In this document: positions 1 to 8,595 of the stretch, in pieces
How positions within the stretch are numbered: position 1 is the first letter of the stretch
How the letters are laid out: the number at the start of each line of letters is the position of its first letter
Assembly: GCF_000023965.1 (NCBI RefSeq)
Contig: NC_013202.1
Location: forward strand, 1,410,001-1,442,000
DNA: 32,000 bases
Reading direction: 5' to 3'
Source: Halomicrobium mukohataei DSM 12286
GTDB lineage: Archaea > Halobacteriota > Halobacteria > Halobacteriales > Haloarculaceae
The notes under the pieces: model-generated
What the model was told of the DNA's origin: nothing
Seen by the model: the letters and a program-made list of their open reading frames with translations, nothing else
Databases searched by the model: none
Position numbers and translations under genes: made by a program

Positions 1-159
1 CACAACGCGCGACTCCACTTTCATCGACCTCCAGACGGGAACGCCGTCGAAACCCTCTCGCTGGAGGACACGCATCCGCTCGATCTCTATTCGATCGTGC
101 TTGGCGCGGTCGAAGAACGTATCGACCACCTGTGGGAAGACTCGACCGAGTCCGACTGA
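1..159 (+). CDS. C-terminal fragment of an unidentified protein (gene continues left of the window)
   Basis: Frame +1 is open from base 1 to TGA at 157-159 (52 sense codons, ending ...IDHLWEDSTESD*). The tail is acidic. No start is visible. The next gene's ATG lies 21 nt downstream on the same strand. Confidence 0.3.
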   Translation, partial: HNARLHFHRPPDGNAVETLSLEDTHPLDLYSIVLGAVEERIDHLWEDSTESD

Positions 160-179
160 CCGAAATCAACTTCGAACCA

Positions 180-635
180 ATGCACCTGCGCTACTACGCC
201 GAAGCCGACACCGACGTTGACCACCGTCAGACGGTCGAACTCCTCGAATCGATCGCTGATCGACACGCGATCGCAGTCGAGATCGTACAGGTCGAGCCAC
301 AGAGAGCACCACCCGAGGACTTCTCGGGGACCGTCGAACACCGCACGCTTGCGGAAGCGTGGGACGATTTCACGTACAATCCGGCGCTACAGCAGGGACT
401 GGGCGAGCCACCGTCGAGTTGCTACGACGGCCCCGAGGACCTCGTCGGCAACGTCGGGATCGTCGTCGACGGCGATCTCGTCTGGGCCACGCGCTTCTGG
501 GGGACACACCACGGCTGGGGACCCGTCGATCCCGAGGAGACGGCGATCGGCTTCCTCGAAGCGGTCGAAGAGCGAGGTGTCACGGCAATCGACGAACGTC
601 TTCCGCCTGAAGCACAATTCCTTGAAGAGTCATGA
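180..635 (+). CDS. hypothetical acidic protein (151 aa), translationally coupled to the SWIM gene
   Basis: This is ORF 132..635. I prefer ATG 180 (MHLRYYAEAD...) because GTG 132 would overlap the upstream open frame that ends at 159. Its TGA stop overlaps the ATG of the next gene (ATGA at 632-635). I recognise no motif. Confidence 0.6.
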   Translation: MHLRYYAEADTDVDHRQTVELLESIADRHAIAVEIVQVEPQRAPPEDFSGTVEHRTLAEAWDDFTYNPALQQGLGEPPSSCYDGPEDLVGNVGIVVDGDLVWATRFWGTHHGWGPVDPEETAIGFLEAVEERGVTAIDERLPPEAQFLEES

Positions 636-2602
636 CCCGCTCCGATCCCGATTCCGAACTTGATCCCGACTCCCGCGACCTGACACCGACCCGCGATGCC
701 ATCAGGAGCATCTGCACCGCACAGTCATTCCAGCGCGGCGTCGAGTACGTCGAGGACGGTCGAGTGCGCGACCTCACCGTCACAGGTACCGAGGCGGAGG
801 CGACGGTCAGGGGAAGCCACGACTACCGAACGGCCGTCGACCTGTCAGTCGAGGGGTTCGACCCGCAGTGTTCGTGCCCGTACGACCACGCCGGCGAGTG
901 CAAGCACGTCGTCGCGGTGTTACTGACTGTGATTGAACAGTCGGCAGAACTGTTCGATGAACATGCGGAACACGATTTTGGAGTGCCAGATCACGAAATG
1001 TTGACATCAGGCGTCGCGGTTGACGATCGATCGACACGGCATGCCGTCGAACGAGCTGTCGACGAGGCTGACCCGGAGACGATGCGGGCGTTCCTGCGCG
1101 ACGTGCTCGCCGAGGACTCCGACCGTCGAGAGCAGTTTCTGGTCGCCGTCGGGACGCCGGCCGAGAAGAGCGTCGCAGACTATCGGCGTGAGATCGACCG
1201 GAAGTTCGAGCAGGCCACGGATCGCCGCGGGATCGTCGCGTACGACACGCAACTCGACTTCCGCCAGTACTACGACCGCGCGGACACCTATCGGGAGCAC
1301 GGCGACCACGAGCGAGCGCTGACGATCTATCGAGCGCTCGCCGAGGGAATCCAGCAGAACCTCGACCGGATCGACGACAGCGGCGGCCACTACGCGGGCC
1401 AGATCGAGCGCGCGATGGACGTAGCCGTCGACTGCATCAACGAGATGGAGTCCGACGCCGAGCGGCGACGCGAGTTCCTCGACACTCTCTTCGAGCAGTA
1501 CGAGGCGACTGAATACGCCTTCGTCATGGAGTACTACGACGACGCGCTCCGGTCGATCTGTGAGACGACCGCGGACCTCGAACACCTCCGTTCGCTGCTG
1601 GAGCCACACCTCCCCTCGCCTGTGGCGGAAGGCGACAAACGCATGGACGAAACGGAAACCAGTGAGGGCGACGAGGGTGGCCTCCCGGACCCGACCCGGG
1701 ACCGCCTCGACGCCGATCTGCTCACCGGTGGTGTGCTCGACATCGACCGTCTCTCCGAGAGCCCGCTCGACGTATCCGATTTCGTCGGCGAGACGCTCGC
1801 GACAAAGCTCGCGTCGACGGAGGCGGGGGGCGCGACTGCAGGCGACAGCCAGCACTCCCAGACGGGACTCTCGGCCGAGGCACAGACGGTGGTCTCGACC
1901 TACGCTTGGGTGCTGTCGGAACTCGACGAGAACGAGGCACTCCGCGCTGTGCTCGAACCGGTCGCAACCGAGACCCCGACGCTCTGTTGCCGATACGTCG
2001 AGGCGCTCCTCGCGGACGGCAGCGACGAACGCGCCCCAGCGGCGCTCGAATGCGGACTCGATCGGTTCGGCCACTCACGGGAACTCCATCGCTTCGCGGC
2101 CGATTGCTACCGTGATCGCGACGACGAGCGCTACCGCGACCTCCTGCAGACGATGTTCGTCCGCTTTGCGGACTGGGAGGCCTACGACGAACTCGTGAGC
2201 GCCTGTCCCGACGACGAGTGGGAGTCAGTCTTCCACGGGCTCGTCTCGCAACTCGGACGACTCGACGCCGACCGGCTGATCGACCTCTACATCCGCGAGG
2301 GGGAACGCGAGAAAGCCCTGTCGCGCGTGCTCGACGGCGAGGATCCCGAACTCCTTCGTCAGTACCAGACAGACCTCGCCGATCTTGATCCCGAGGCGTA
2401 CTTCGAGACCTACCGAGAGGTACTGGCGTCGCATCTGGCCGACGACACCGGGCGAGACCACTACCGGGCGGTGATCGGCCACCTCCGTGAGATGTCACAG
2501 CTGGCCTTCGACGAGGAACTGGCCGCGTTCGTCGCCCGGCTGCGAGAGAGCCACTCGAACCGCCCGGCGCTGCTGGACGAACTCGACGACGCCAGATTCT
2601 AG
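632..2602 (+). CDS. SWIM zinc-finger domain protein with long helical repeat-like C-terminal region
   Basis: 656-aa ORF. A CxC...CxH SWIM signature is present (QCSCPYDHAGECKHVVAVLL). The rest is acidic and helical. There is a 4-nt ATGA overlap with the upstream ORF. Confidence 0.85.
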   Translation: MTRSDPDSELDPDSRDLTPTRDAIRSICTAQSFQRGVEYVEDGRVRDLTVTGTEAEATVRGSHDYRTAVDLSVEGFDPQCSCPYDHAGECKHVVAVLLTVIEQSAELFDEHAEHDFGVPDHEMLTSGVAVDDRSTRHAVERAVDEADPETMRAFLRDVLAEDSDRREQFLVAVGTPAEKSVADYRREIDRKFEQATDRRGIVAYDTQLDFRQYYDRADTYREHGDHERALTIYRALAEGIQQNLDRIDDSGGHYAGQIERAMDVAVDCINEMESDAERRREFLDTLFEQYEATEYAFVMEYYDDALRSICETTADLEHLRSLLEPHLPSPVAEGDKRMDETETSEGDEGGLPDPTRDRLDADLLTGGVLDIDRLSESPLDVSDFVGETLATKLASTEAGGATAGDSQHSQTGLSAEAQTVVSTYAWVLSELDENEALRAVLEPVATETPTLCCRYVEALLADGSDERAPAALECGLDRFGHSRELHRFAADCYRDRDDERYRDLLQTMFVRFADWEAYDELVSACPDDEWESVFHGLVSQLGRLDADRLIDLYIREGEREKALSRVLDGEDPELLRQYQTDLADLDPEAYFETYREVLASHLADDTGRDHYRAVIGHLREMSQLAFDEELAAFVARLRESHSNRPALLDELDDARF

Positions 2603-2869
2603 CGCCGCCGCGAATCCGCGTCGTGGCTCCGGTTTCGCGTCGATTTAGTACTTCATCGAGTGGATTTCGACGGATCGGCCGTCAGTTCCGTCGTCGCCGT
2701 CTCGGGTCACAACTCTGCGAGCGCCTCGCAACCTGAACTGTCCGCTCGCCGATGTCGTGGTTTCACGGTGCGGTCGAGGAGAACCGACCGGCCCTCGGCC
2801 TGCAGGCGGAACTCCTCGAGAAGTTCCAGGCTCGCGAGGAATCGTTCAAACTCGATGGGGGCTTACTGT

Positions 2870-3259
2870 TCAAAGGACATCAGTCGGCAGCTTCGCACCG
2901 TGTTCAACTAGCTCACTATCGAACGAGACGAGTGTTGCGTCGATCGCATCCGCGGCCGCGAGTATCATCGCGTCCATCGGATACAGCAGGGTCTCGGACT
3001 GAAGCCGGTTGGCTGCTATCATATCTGACGCGTCGGGAAAGGTGACTGTTGTCCGAGACGAGATGCGTTGCTCGATCTGCTCGATTCGCTCTCGTTCGAA
3101 CTGCTTCTTTTTCGTTAGCACACTGCGGAGTTCCATGAGACTCAACACGGAAACGTGGGGGTCGTCTGCTTGATTGAGCAATTCGATCGCTTCGTCGGAA
3201 CGGTCGGTATCGGCTGTCACTGCTGCAACGAGCACGTTCGTGTCGAACAGAACCGTCAT
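2870..3259 (-). CDS. vapC: PIN-domain ribonuclease, type II toxin VapC
   Basis: 129 aa. The N-terminus MTVLFDTNVLV is typical of PIN domains, and conserved acidic positions follow (D in FDTN, E in LMEL, D in MDAMILAAA, D in SFDSE). G+C is visibly lower than in the neighbouring genes. Confidence 0.85.
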   Translation of the reverse strand: MTVLFDTNVLVAAVTADTDRSDEAIELLNQADDPHVSVLSLMELRSVLTKKKQFERERIEQIEQRISSRTTVTFPDASDMIAANRLQSETLLYPMDAMILAAADAIDATLVSFDSELVEHGAKLPTDVL

Positions 3260-3408
3260 AGCTGTTCGCGCACGTCACGAACGGCTTCGACAGCGTCGAC
3301 CTCGACATCGACGGCTAACTCGTCGAGTGCATCCCCGAGTGGGTCTGTCTCGTCGTCATCAGGATCCGTTATCAAGAAATCACGGAAATCCTCTGCTGTG
3401 AGACTCAT
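3256..3408 (-). CDS. putative VapB-like antitoxin, 50 aa (below the ORF-track cutoff)
   Basis: Hand translation of the minus strand gives MSLTAEDFRDFLITDPDDDETDPLGDALDELAVDVEVDAVEAVRDVREQL*. Its TGA overlaps the vapC ATG (ATGA at 3256-3259). A T-rich TATA-like box lies 25-31 nt upstream of its ATG. Confidence 0.55.
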   Translation of the reverse strand: MSLTAEDFRDFLITDPDDDETDPLGDALDELAVDVEVDAVEAVRDVREQL

Positions 3409-3432
3409 AACTGTCTCTTGCAGCAGAGTTTG

Positions 3433-3439
3433 CAAAAAG
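3433..3439 (-). promoter_or_regulatory. TATA-like box (CTTTTTG on the minus strand) for a leaderless vapB-vapC transcript
   Basis: It lies 25-31 nt upstream of the ATG at 3408. It sits inside a small inverted repeat, cagcag (3421-3426) / ctgctg (3440-3445), which could act as an autoregulatory operator. Confidence 0.35.
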
Positions 3440-3523
3440 CTGCTGGTGATATGAGTTGCAGCCCTCGTTCTGTCTTGACGTCAGGAACTTGTTCTTGGAC
3501 TGAACTGCTGGCCGACCCACCCA

Positions 3524-3530
3524 GTTATCC
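3524..3530 (+). promoter_or_regulatory. TATA-like box (GTTATCC) for the aldo/keto reductase gene
   Basis: It lies 26-32 nt upstream of ATG 3556. This fits a leaderless mRNA and supports the internal start. Confidence 0.3.
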
Positions 3531-3555
3531 GGCTCGCGCTCTCACACCCGACCGT

Positions 3556-4569
3556 ATGCACTACCGACGACTCGGTACCACGGGACTGCAGGTATCGCCG
3601 ATCTGTCTCGGGACGTGGCGCTTCGGCAAGGAACACGAGGACAGCGGCGTCGTCGAGACGGACCGCGAGGACGCCCACGAGCTGCTCGACGCCTTCGCAG
3701 AGCGCGGCGGCAACTTCATCGACACCGCCAACGGCTACGGCGGCGGGGACTCCGAGCGGTGGATCGGCGAGTGGCTCGAAGACCGGGACCGCGAGGACTA
3801 CGTCATCGCCTCGAAGTGCTTCTGGTCGACGGTCTCGCGCTTTCAGGAGAACCTCTCGAAGAAGAACGTCCGCGCGGAGGTCGAGGGATCGCTCGACCGG
3901 CTGGGCACCGACTACCTCGATGTTCTCTACCTGCATCGGTTCGACGACGACACGCCGATCGAGCAGACGCTGCGCGCCGTCGACGACCTCGTCAGCGAGG
4001 GGAAAGTCCACAACGTCGGCCTGTCGACGGCCGACGCCTGGAAGCTCACAAAGGGACTGTGGAAGGCGGACGTGAACAACTACGAGGCCTTTACCGTCAC
4101 GCAGCCCCTCTTTCACGCCGCCTACTACGAGGACGTGGCCGAGTACCTCGACGTGTGTGCCGACCAGAATCTCGCGGTCTGTCCGTACTCGCCACTGGCC
4201 GGTGGCTTCCTCACTGGCAAGTACGAGCGTGCGGGCGACGGGACTTACGAGCTGGACGCGCCCGAAGACACCCGCGCCCAGTTCGACGATCGCTTCCTCG
4301 ATTTCTACGTCTCGGAACGGGGCTGGCACGTCCTCGACGAGGTCCGAGCCGTCGCCGAGGAGGTCGACGCCTCGCCGGCACAGGTCGCTCTGCGGTGGCT
4401 AATGGACCAGCCGGACTTCGACTGCGTCCCGATCGTCGGCGCGCGGACCGTCGACCAGCTCGACGAGAACCTCGGGGCGATCGACGTGACCATCTCCGAC
4501 GATCAGTTCGACCGGATCTTCGAGGCCCGCTACGACGACGACGGCAGCCTGTACAGGACGAACGCCTAG
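3556..4569 (+). CDS. aldo/keto reductase family oxidoreductase
   Basis: Within ORF 3418..4569. I chose the start MHYRRLGTTGLQVSPICLGTW, a typical AKR N-terminus. Internal AKR-like blocks are present (FIDTANGYG, DVLYLHRFD, VGLS). Confidence 0.9.
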   Translation: MHYRRLGTTGLQVSPICLGTWRFGKEHEDSGVVETDREDAHELLDAFAERGGNFIDTANGYGGGDSERWIGEWLEDRDREDYVIASKCFWSTVSRFQENLSKKNVRAEVEGSLDRLGTDYLDVLYLHRFDDDTPIEQTLRAVDDLVSEGKVHNVGLSTADAWKLTKGLWKADVNNYEAFTVTQPLFHAAYYEDVAEYLDVCADQNLAVCPYSPLAGGFLTGKYERAGDGTYELDAPEDTRAQFDDRFLDFYVSERGWHVLDEVRAVAEEVDASPAQVALRWLMDQPDFDCVPIVGARTVDQLDENLGAIDVTISDDQFDRIFEARYDDDGSLYRTNA

Positions 4570-4644
4570 GAAGACGCCTCGTCGCCGCGAGCCCGTCGCC
4601 CGCGACCACATCGCTTTTAGCCCTCTCTGTCGGCAACGTAGCCA

Positions 4645-5079
4645 ATGAACGACCTTCGCGTCCCGCTGTTGCCGTCGCGGCTCCGGTGGCTCGCCGTCGC
4701 CGTGGTGGGCGGTGTGATCTTCACGCTCTCGGTGGTCGTCGCGCCGCCGGTAGAGCCGGTCGTCAGGCCCTTCGATTTCCTCCCGCTGGACAAGTGGCGT
4801 CACTTCCTCGCGTACGCCGCCTTCGGTGGGACACTGGCGTACGCCACGAGCACCTGGCGGTGGTCGACCGGTCGGCTCGCGGTGTTCGTCCTCGGGATCA
4901 CCGTGGCCTACGGCGTCGGCATCGAGATCTGGCAGTCGTTCCTGCCGAACCGCTACTTCGGGCTGGGAGACGCCTACGCCAACGCGCTCGGGGCGGTGCT
5001 GGCGAGTCCGTGGTTCCTCCTCCGCGATCGCCTCTCGTTCGTGTCGCTGTCGGAGTGGGCGTCCGCGATCGTCGACTGA
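4645..5079 (+). CDS. VanZ-like membrane protein
   Basis: 144 aa with 3-4 hydrophobic segments. The pattern is VanZ-like (DKWRHFLAYAAFG ... EIWQSFLPNRYFGLGDAYANALG). Confidence 0.7.
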   Translation: MNDLRVPLLPSRLRWLAVAVVGGVIFTLSVVVAPPVEPVVRPFDFLPLDKWRHFLAYAAFGGTLAYATSTWRWSTGRLAVFVLGITVAYGVGIEIWQSFLPNRYFGLGDAYANALGAVLASPWFLLRDRLSFVSLSEWASAIVD

Positions 5080-5091
5080 CACGGACGGTCG

Positions 5092-6102
5092 TCACGACCG
5101 TTCGAACGAGGCCCGAAAGTCGGCGGTGGCGTCGCGCCACGCGTCGATCAGCGCGTCGTCGGTCTCGCTGTCCCATGGTTCGATCCGGTCCTCGGCGTCG
5201 AGTCGCTCGACGGTACGACCAACCCCTTCCTCGAAGGTGACGGTGTACTCGAAGTCCAGGTCCCGTCTCGCCTTGCTGTTGTCGAAGACCGTCGAGAACT
5301 GGAAGTGATCGAGCAGCATCGCCGTGCGGTCCGGGGCGGCCTCGACGAGCGCGTCAGTGGGGATGTGGACCAGTTCTGGCTCGGGAGCGTCCAGCGCGTC
5401 GGCGACGGTCCGGTGGTACTGGTTCCAGGTGATCACCTCCTCGCTGGTGACGTGGTAGCATTCGCCGTAGGCGTCTCCGTTGCCGACGGCGGCGACGAAC
5501 GCCGCGGCCACGTCGTCGCGGTAGCACGGTCCCCACAGCGACTGGCCGTCGCCGTGGACGACGATCGGCTTGCCCTTCCGGATCCGGTCGACGTAGTAGG
5601 TGCCGACGCCGAGCGTGTGCAGCACCGGCCCGCCCTCGCCGTAGGTGCTCCACGGGCGGAGCACGGTGGCGGCGAACGCGCCCTCGTCGTGGGCGGCCAG
5701 GAAGCGGTCCTCGCAGGCGGCCTTGTCCGCGCCGTACTCGCTGACGGCCGGCTCGCGGGCGGCGTCTTCCGTGACGGGGTTGGTCGCCAGCGGGCGGTGG
5801 TACACGTCGACCGTCGAGCAGAAGACGTACTGCTCGATCCCCGCGAAGATCTCGACGGCGGCCTCGGCCTGTGCGGGGGCGAAACAGACCATGTCGATCA
5901 CGCAGTCGGGCTCGACCGCGTCGCGAGCGCGTTTCAGGGCGGCGTCGTCGTCGCGGTCCCCGTGGACGAACGACACCGCGTCCGGCAACTCGGCGTCGGT
6001 CTCCCCGCGAGTGAAACAGGTCACGTCGTGGCCGGCCTCGACGAGCTGGCGCGAGACGCCCGTGCTGATCAGTCCGGTGCCGCCGATGACGAGTACGTCC
6101 AT
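5092..6102 (-). CDS. NAD-dependent epimerase/dehydratase family protein
   Basis: Within ORF 5092..6141. I chose the start MDVLVIGGTGLISTG, a Rossmann GxxGxxG motif at the N-terminus. A TATA-like box sits 24-30 nt upstream of that ATG, so the longer start is unlikely. Confidence 0.85.
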   Translation of the reverse strand: MDVLVIGGTGLISTGVSRQLVEAGHDVTCFTRGETDAELPDAVSFVHGDRDDDAALKRARDAVEPDCVIDMVCFAPAQAEAAVEIFAGIEQYVFCSTVDVYHRPLATNPVTEDAAREPAVSEYGADKAACEDRFLAAHDEGAFAATVLRPWSTYGEGGPVLHTLGVGTYYVDRIRKGKPIVVHGDGQSLWGPCYRDDVAAAFVAAVGNGDAYGECYHVTSEEVITWNQYHRTVADALDAPEPELVHIPTDALVEAAPDRTAMLLDHFQFSTVFDNSKARRDLDFEYTVTFEEGVGRTVERLDAEDRIEPWDSETDDALIDAWRDATADFRASFERS

Positions 6103-6125
6103 GCCGGTGGGTGCGACCGCAGAGA

Positions 6126-6132
6126 GATAAAG
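6126..6132 (-). promoter_or_regulatory. TATA-like box (CTTTATC on the minus strand) for the epimerase gene
   Basis: It lies 24-30 nt upstream of ATG 6102. Confidence 0.35.
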
Positions 6133-6230
6133 CACCGCCACGCGGCCGCGGCGTCCGAGCGGGCGCTGGGTCGCGTTCGGAGGGGATCCGCGGCGGTGGA
6201 GAGTAGTAGCCGGCGGCCGAACGGTCGCGT

Positions 6231-6704
6231 ATGGAGATCATCGCAGTCGCGGCGGTCGGCGAAAACGGCGTCATCGGCAGCGGTGACGAACTGCCCTGGC
6301 ACCTCCCCCACGAGTCCCGGCGCTACCGCGAGCGAGTCGCCGACGACACCGTCGTGCTCGGCCGCAAGACCTTCGAGATGTTCGAGGAACTGCCCGGCGC
6401 GCGACAGCTCGTGTTGAGTCGGAGCGAGCGCTCCTTCGAGGCCGAGACGGCGACTCACGCGGCGAGCGTGGACGCGGCGATCGATCTCGCCCGCGAGCGC
6501 GGCGATCCGGTGCTGTACGTGCTGGGCGGTGCCGGAGTCTACGAGGCGTTCCTGCCACGGTACGACCGGATGTTGCTGAGCCGCGTCGACGGCGAGTACG
6601 AGGGCGACGCGACGTTCCCGGCGTTCGACCGCGAGGCGTGGACACTCGTCGACGAGACGCCGTACGACGGGTACACGCTCGAAACGTGGGAACCCGCGGC
6701 GTGA
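6231..6704 (+). CDS. folA: dihydrofolate reductase
   Basis: 157 aa. MEIIAVAAVGENGVIGSGDELPWHLPHE...VVLGRKTFE...YVLGGAGVYEAFLP closely matches the DHFR pattern, including the haloarchaeal DHFRs I recall. Confidence 0.9.
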   Translation: MEIIAVAAVGENGVIGSGDELPWHLPHESRRYRERVADDTVVLGRKTFEMFEELPGARQLVLSRSERSFEAETATHAASVDAAIDLARERGDPVLYVLGGAGVYEAFLPRYDRMLLSRVDGEYEGDATFPAFDREAWTLVDETPYDGYTLETWEPAA

Positions 6705-6755
6705 GCGCCACCGACACCCGACAGTATCTTAGGGCGGCCCCGCCACCGACCGGAT

Positions 6756-8324
6756 ATGGAAGTCGGACTCGTCATTCTGGACGGCTGGGGACTGAACCCC
6801 GACACGGACACCCGGGACGCGGTCGCCGCGGCTGACACGCCCAACGTCGACCGATACCGCGAGATCGGTGCCGACAGCACGCTCGAAACCCACGGGCGTC
6901 GCGTCGGTCTCCCCGAGGGCCAGATGGGCAACTCCGAGGTCGGCCACCTCAACATCGGGGCCGGCCGCGTCGTCACGCAGGACTCGGCTCGCGTCACCGA
7001 CGGGATCGCAGACGGCACCTTCTTCGAGAACGACCGCCTGGAATCGGCCTTCGACTACGCCGAGGCCAACGACGGCGCGGTCCACTTCATGGGGCTGGTC
7101 TCCGACGGCGGCGTCCACTCCTACCAGAAGCACCTCCACGCGCTGATCGACCTCGCCGCCGACCGCGGCGTCGAGGCGGTCACCCACGCCTTCACCGACG
7201 GCCGGGACACCTCGCCGACCGGCGGCGAGGAGTATCTCGCCGACCTGGCAGCCCACGCCGAGGAGCGTGGCACGGGCCACGTCGCCACCGTCGCCGGGCG
7301 CTACTACGCGATGGACCGAGACCAGAACTGGGAGCGCACCCGCCGGGCCTACGACGCCATCGTCTCGCGCGAGGCCGACCACAGCGCCGACACGGCGGTC
7401 GAGGCGGTCACCGGCTCCTACGACCGCGGCGACACCGACGAGTTCGTCGAGCCGACGCTGGTCGAGGGCGATGCCCGACGGGCCCCGGAGAGCGAACGCC
7501 GGCGCGGTGAGCGGGACCGGCCGGCCCTCGACGACGGCGATGCCGTGATCTTCTTCAACTTCCGCTCGGACCGCGCGCGTCAGCTCACGCGCATGCTGGG
7601 CGACGTTCGCCCCGAGGACTGGGGCGGCGACACGGAACCGCCGGAGATCCGGCTGGTCACCATGACCCAGTACGACGCGACCTTCGATCTCCCGGTGGCC
7701 TACCCGCCCAACCAGCCCGAGGACGTGCTCGGAGAGGTGCTGGCCGAGACCGGCCACACGCAGCTTCGCCTGGCCGAGACCGAGAAGTACGCCCACGTCA
7801 CCTACTTCCTCAACGGCGGCCGCGAGGTCGAGTTCGACGGCGAGATCCGCCGGATCGTCGAGAGCCCGGACGTGCCGACCTACGACCAGCAACCGGAGAT
7901 GAGCGCACCCGAAGTCACCGACACCGCCATCGCGGTCATCGAGGACGACGATCCGGACGCGATGGTCTGTAACTACGCCAACGCCGACATGGTGGGCCAC
8001 ACCGGCGACTTCGAGGCCGCCACCGCGGCCGTCGAGGCCGTCGACGAGCAGCTCGGGCGCATGGTCGAGGCGATCACCGAGGCCGGCGGTCACGTCCTCG
8101 TCTGTGCCGACCACGGCAACGCCGACGACATGGGAACCGCCGAGGATCCACACACGGCCCACACGCTCAATCCCGTCCCGTTCGTCTATCTCGGCCCCGA
8201 CGGGACGGCGGCGGGCCGAGAGGCCCGCGACGGCGGGACGCTCGCGGACCTCGCGCCGACGATGCTGTCGCTGCTGGGGATCGACCGACCCGACGCGATG
8301 ACCGGCGAACCGCTGGTCGAGTGA
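6756..8324 (+). CDS. gpmI: 2,3-bisphosphoglycerate-independent phosphoglycerate mutase
   Basis: 522 aa. iPGM blocks are present: LVILDGWG, GNSEVGHLNIGAGR, GLVSDGGVHS, FTDGRDT, NYANADMVGHTG, ADHGNA. Confidence 0.95.
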   Translation: MEVGLVILDGWGLNPDTDTRDAVAAADTPNVDRYREIGADSTLETHGRRVGLPEGQMGNSEVGHLNIGAGRVVTQDSARVTDGIADGTFFENDRLESAFDYAEANDGAVHFMGLVSDGGVHSYQKHLHALIDLAADRGVEAVTHAFTDGRDTSPTGGEEYLADLAAHAEERGTGHVATVAGRYYAMDRDQNWERTRRAYDAIVSREADHSADTAVEAVTGSYDRGDTDEFVEPTLVEGDARRAPESERRRGERDRPALDDGDAVIFFNFRSDRARQLTRMLGDVRPEDWGGDTEPPEIRLVTMTQYDATFDLPVAYPPNQPEDVLGEVLAETGHTQLRLAETEKYAHVTYFLNGGREVEFDGEIRRIVESPDVPTYDQQPEMSAPEVTDTAIAVIEDDDPDAMVCNYANADMVGHTGDFEAATAAVEAVDEQLGRMVEAITEAGGHVLVCADHGNADDMGTAEDPHTAHTLNPVPFVYLGPDGTAAGREARDGGTLADLAPTMLSLLGIDRPDAMTGEPLVE

Positions 8325-8423
8325 GGGCACCGATCGGCCGTCCGAAGCCGTCGTCGATCGGCTCGGCGTTTCGTATCGACGCACGATCGGTGGCCGTCGC
8401 CGCGCGTTTCCGCGCTGTTCGAC

Positions 8424-8455
8424 AGAAATGCACACTATAAATGATTAATTTTTAG
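8424..8455 (+). promoter_or_regulatory. AT-rich promoter-like block (contains TATAAA at 8436-8441) far upstream of the chitinase gene
   Basis: It is the only AT-rich patch in the 271-bp gpmI-chitinase spacer. It lies about 140-170 nt upstream of ATG 8596, which implies a long 5' leader. Confidence 0.35.
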
Positions 8456-8595
8456 CCGGCGAAACACCACAGTACTGTCGCGGTCGGGCGTCCGCTACGG
8501 TCGCGGCCATCGGGGTGTCCGGATGTTGGGGGCACTGGCAGCTGCCCGATCGGTGTCGCCGTCGTACTGCCGTCCCGGCCGTCGAGGGATCACAT

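Noticed and set aside
2707-2862. An open frame on the minus strand (…IEFERFLASLELLEEFRLQAEGRSVLLDRTVKP…) and the reciprocal plus-strand ORF 2752..3045, between the SWIM gene and vapC.
   Set aside because: The minus frame has no ATG/GTG/TTG start apart from a late internal GTG. The plus ORF runs antisense into vapC. At most this is a remnant of a decayed gene, and there is not enough evidence to call a pseudogene.
4555-4590. A mini-duplication at the AKR 3' end (acgaacgcctag followed by gaagacgcctcg), by analogy with icd and map.
   Set aside because: The match is only about 8-9 nt with gaps, which is too short and imperfect to distinguish from chance in G+C-rich DNA.
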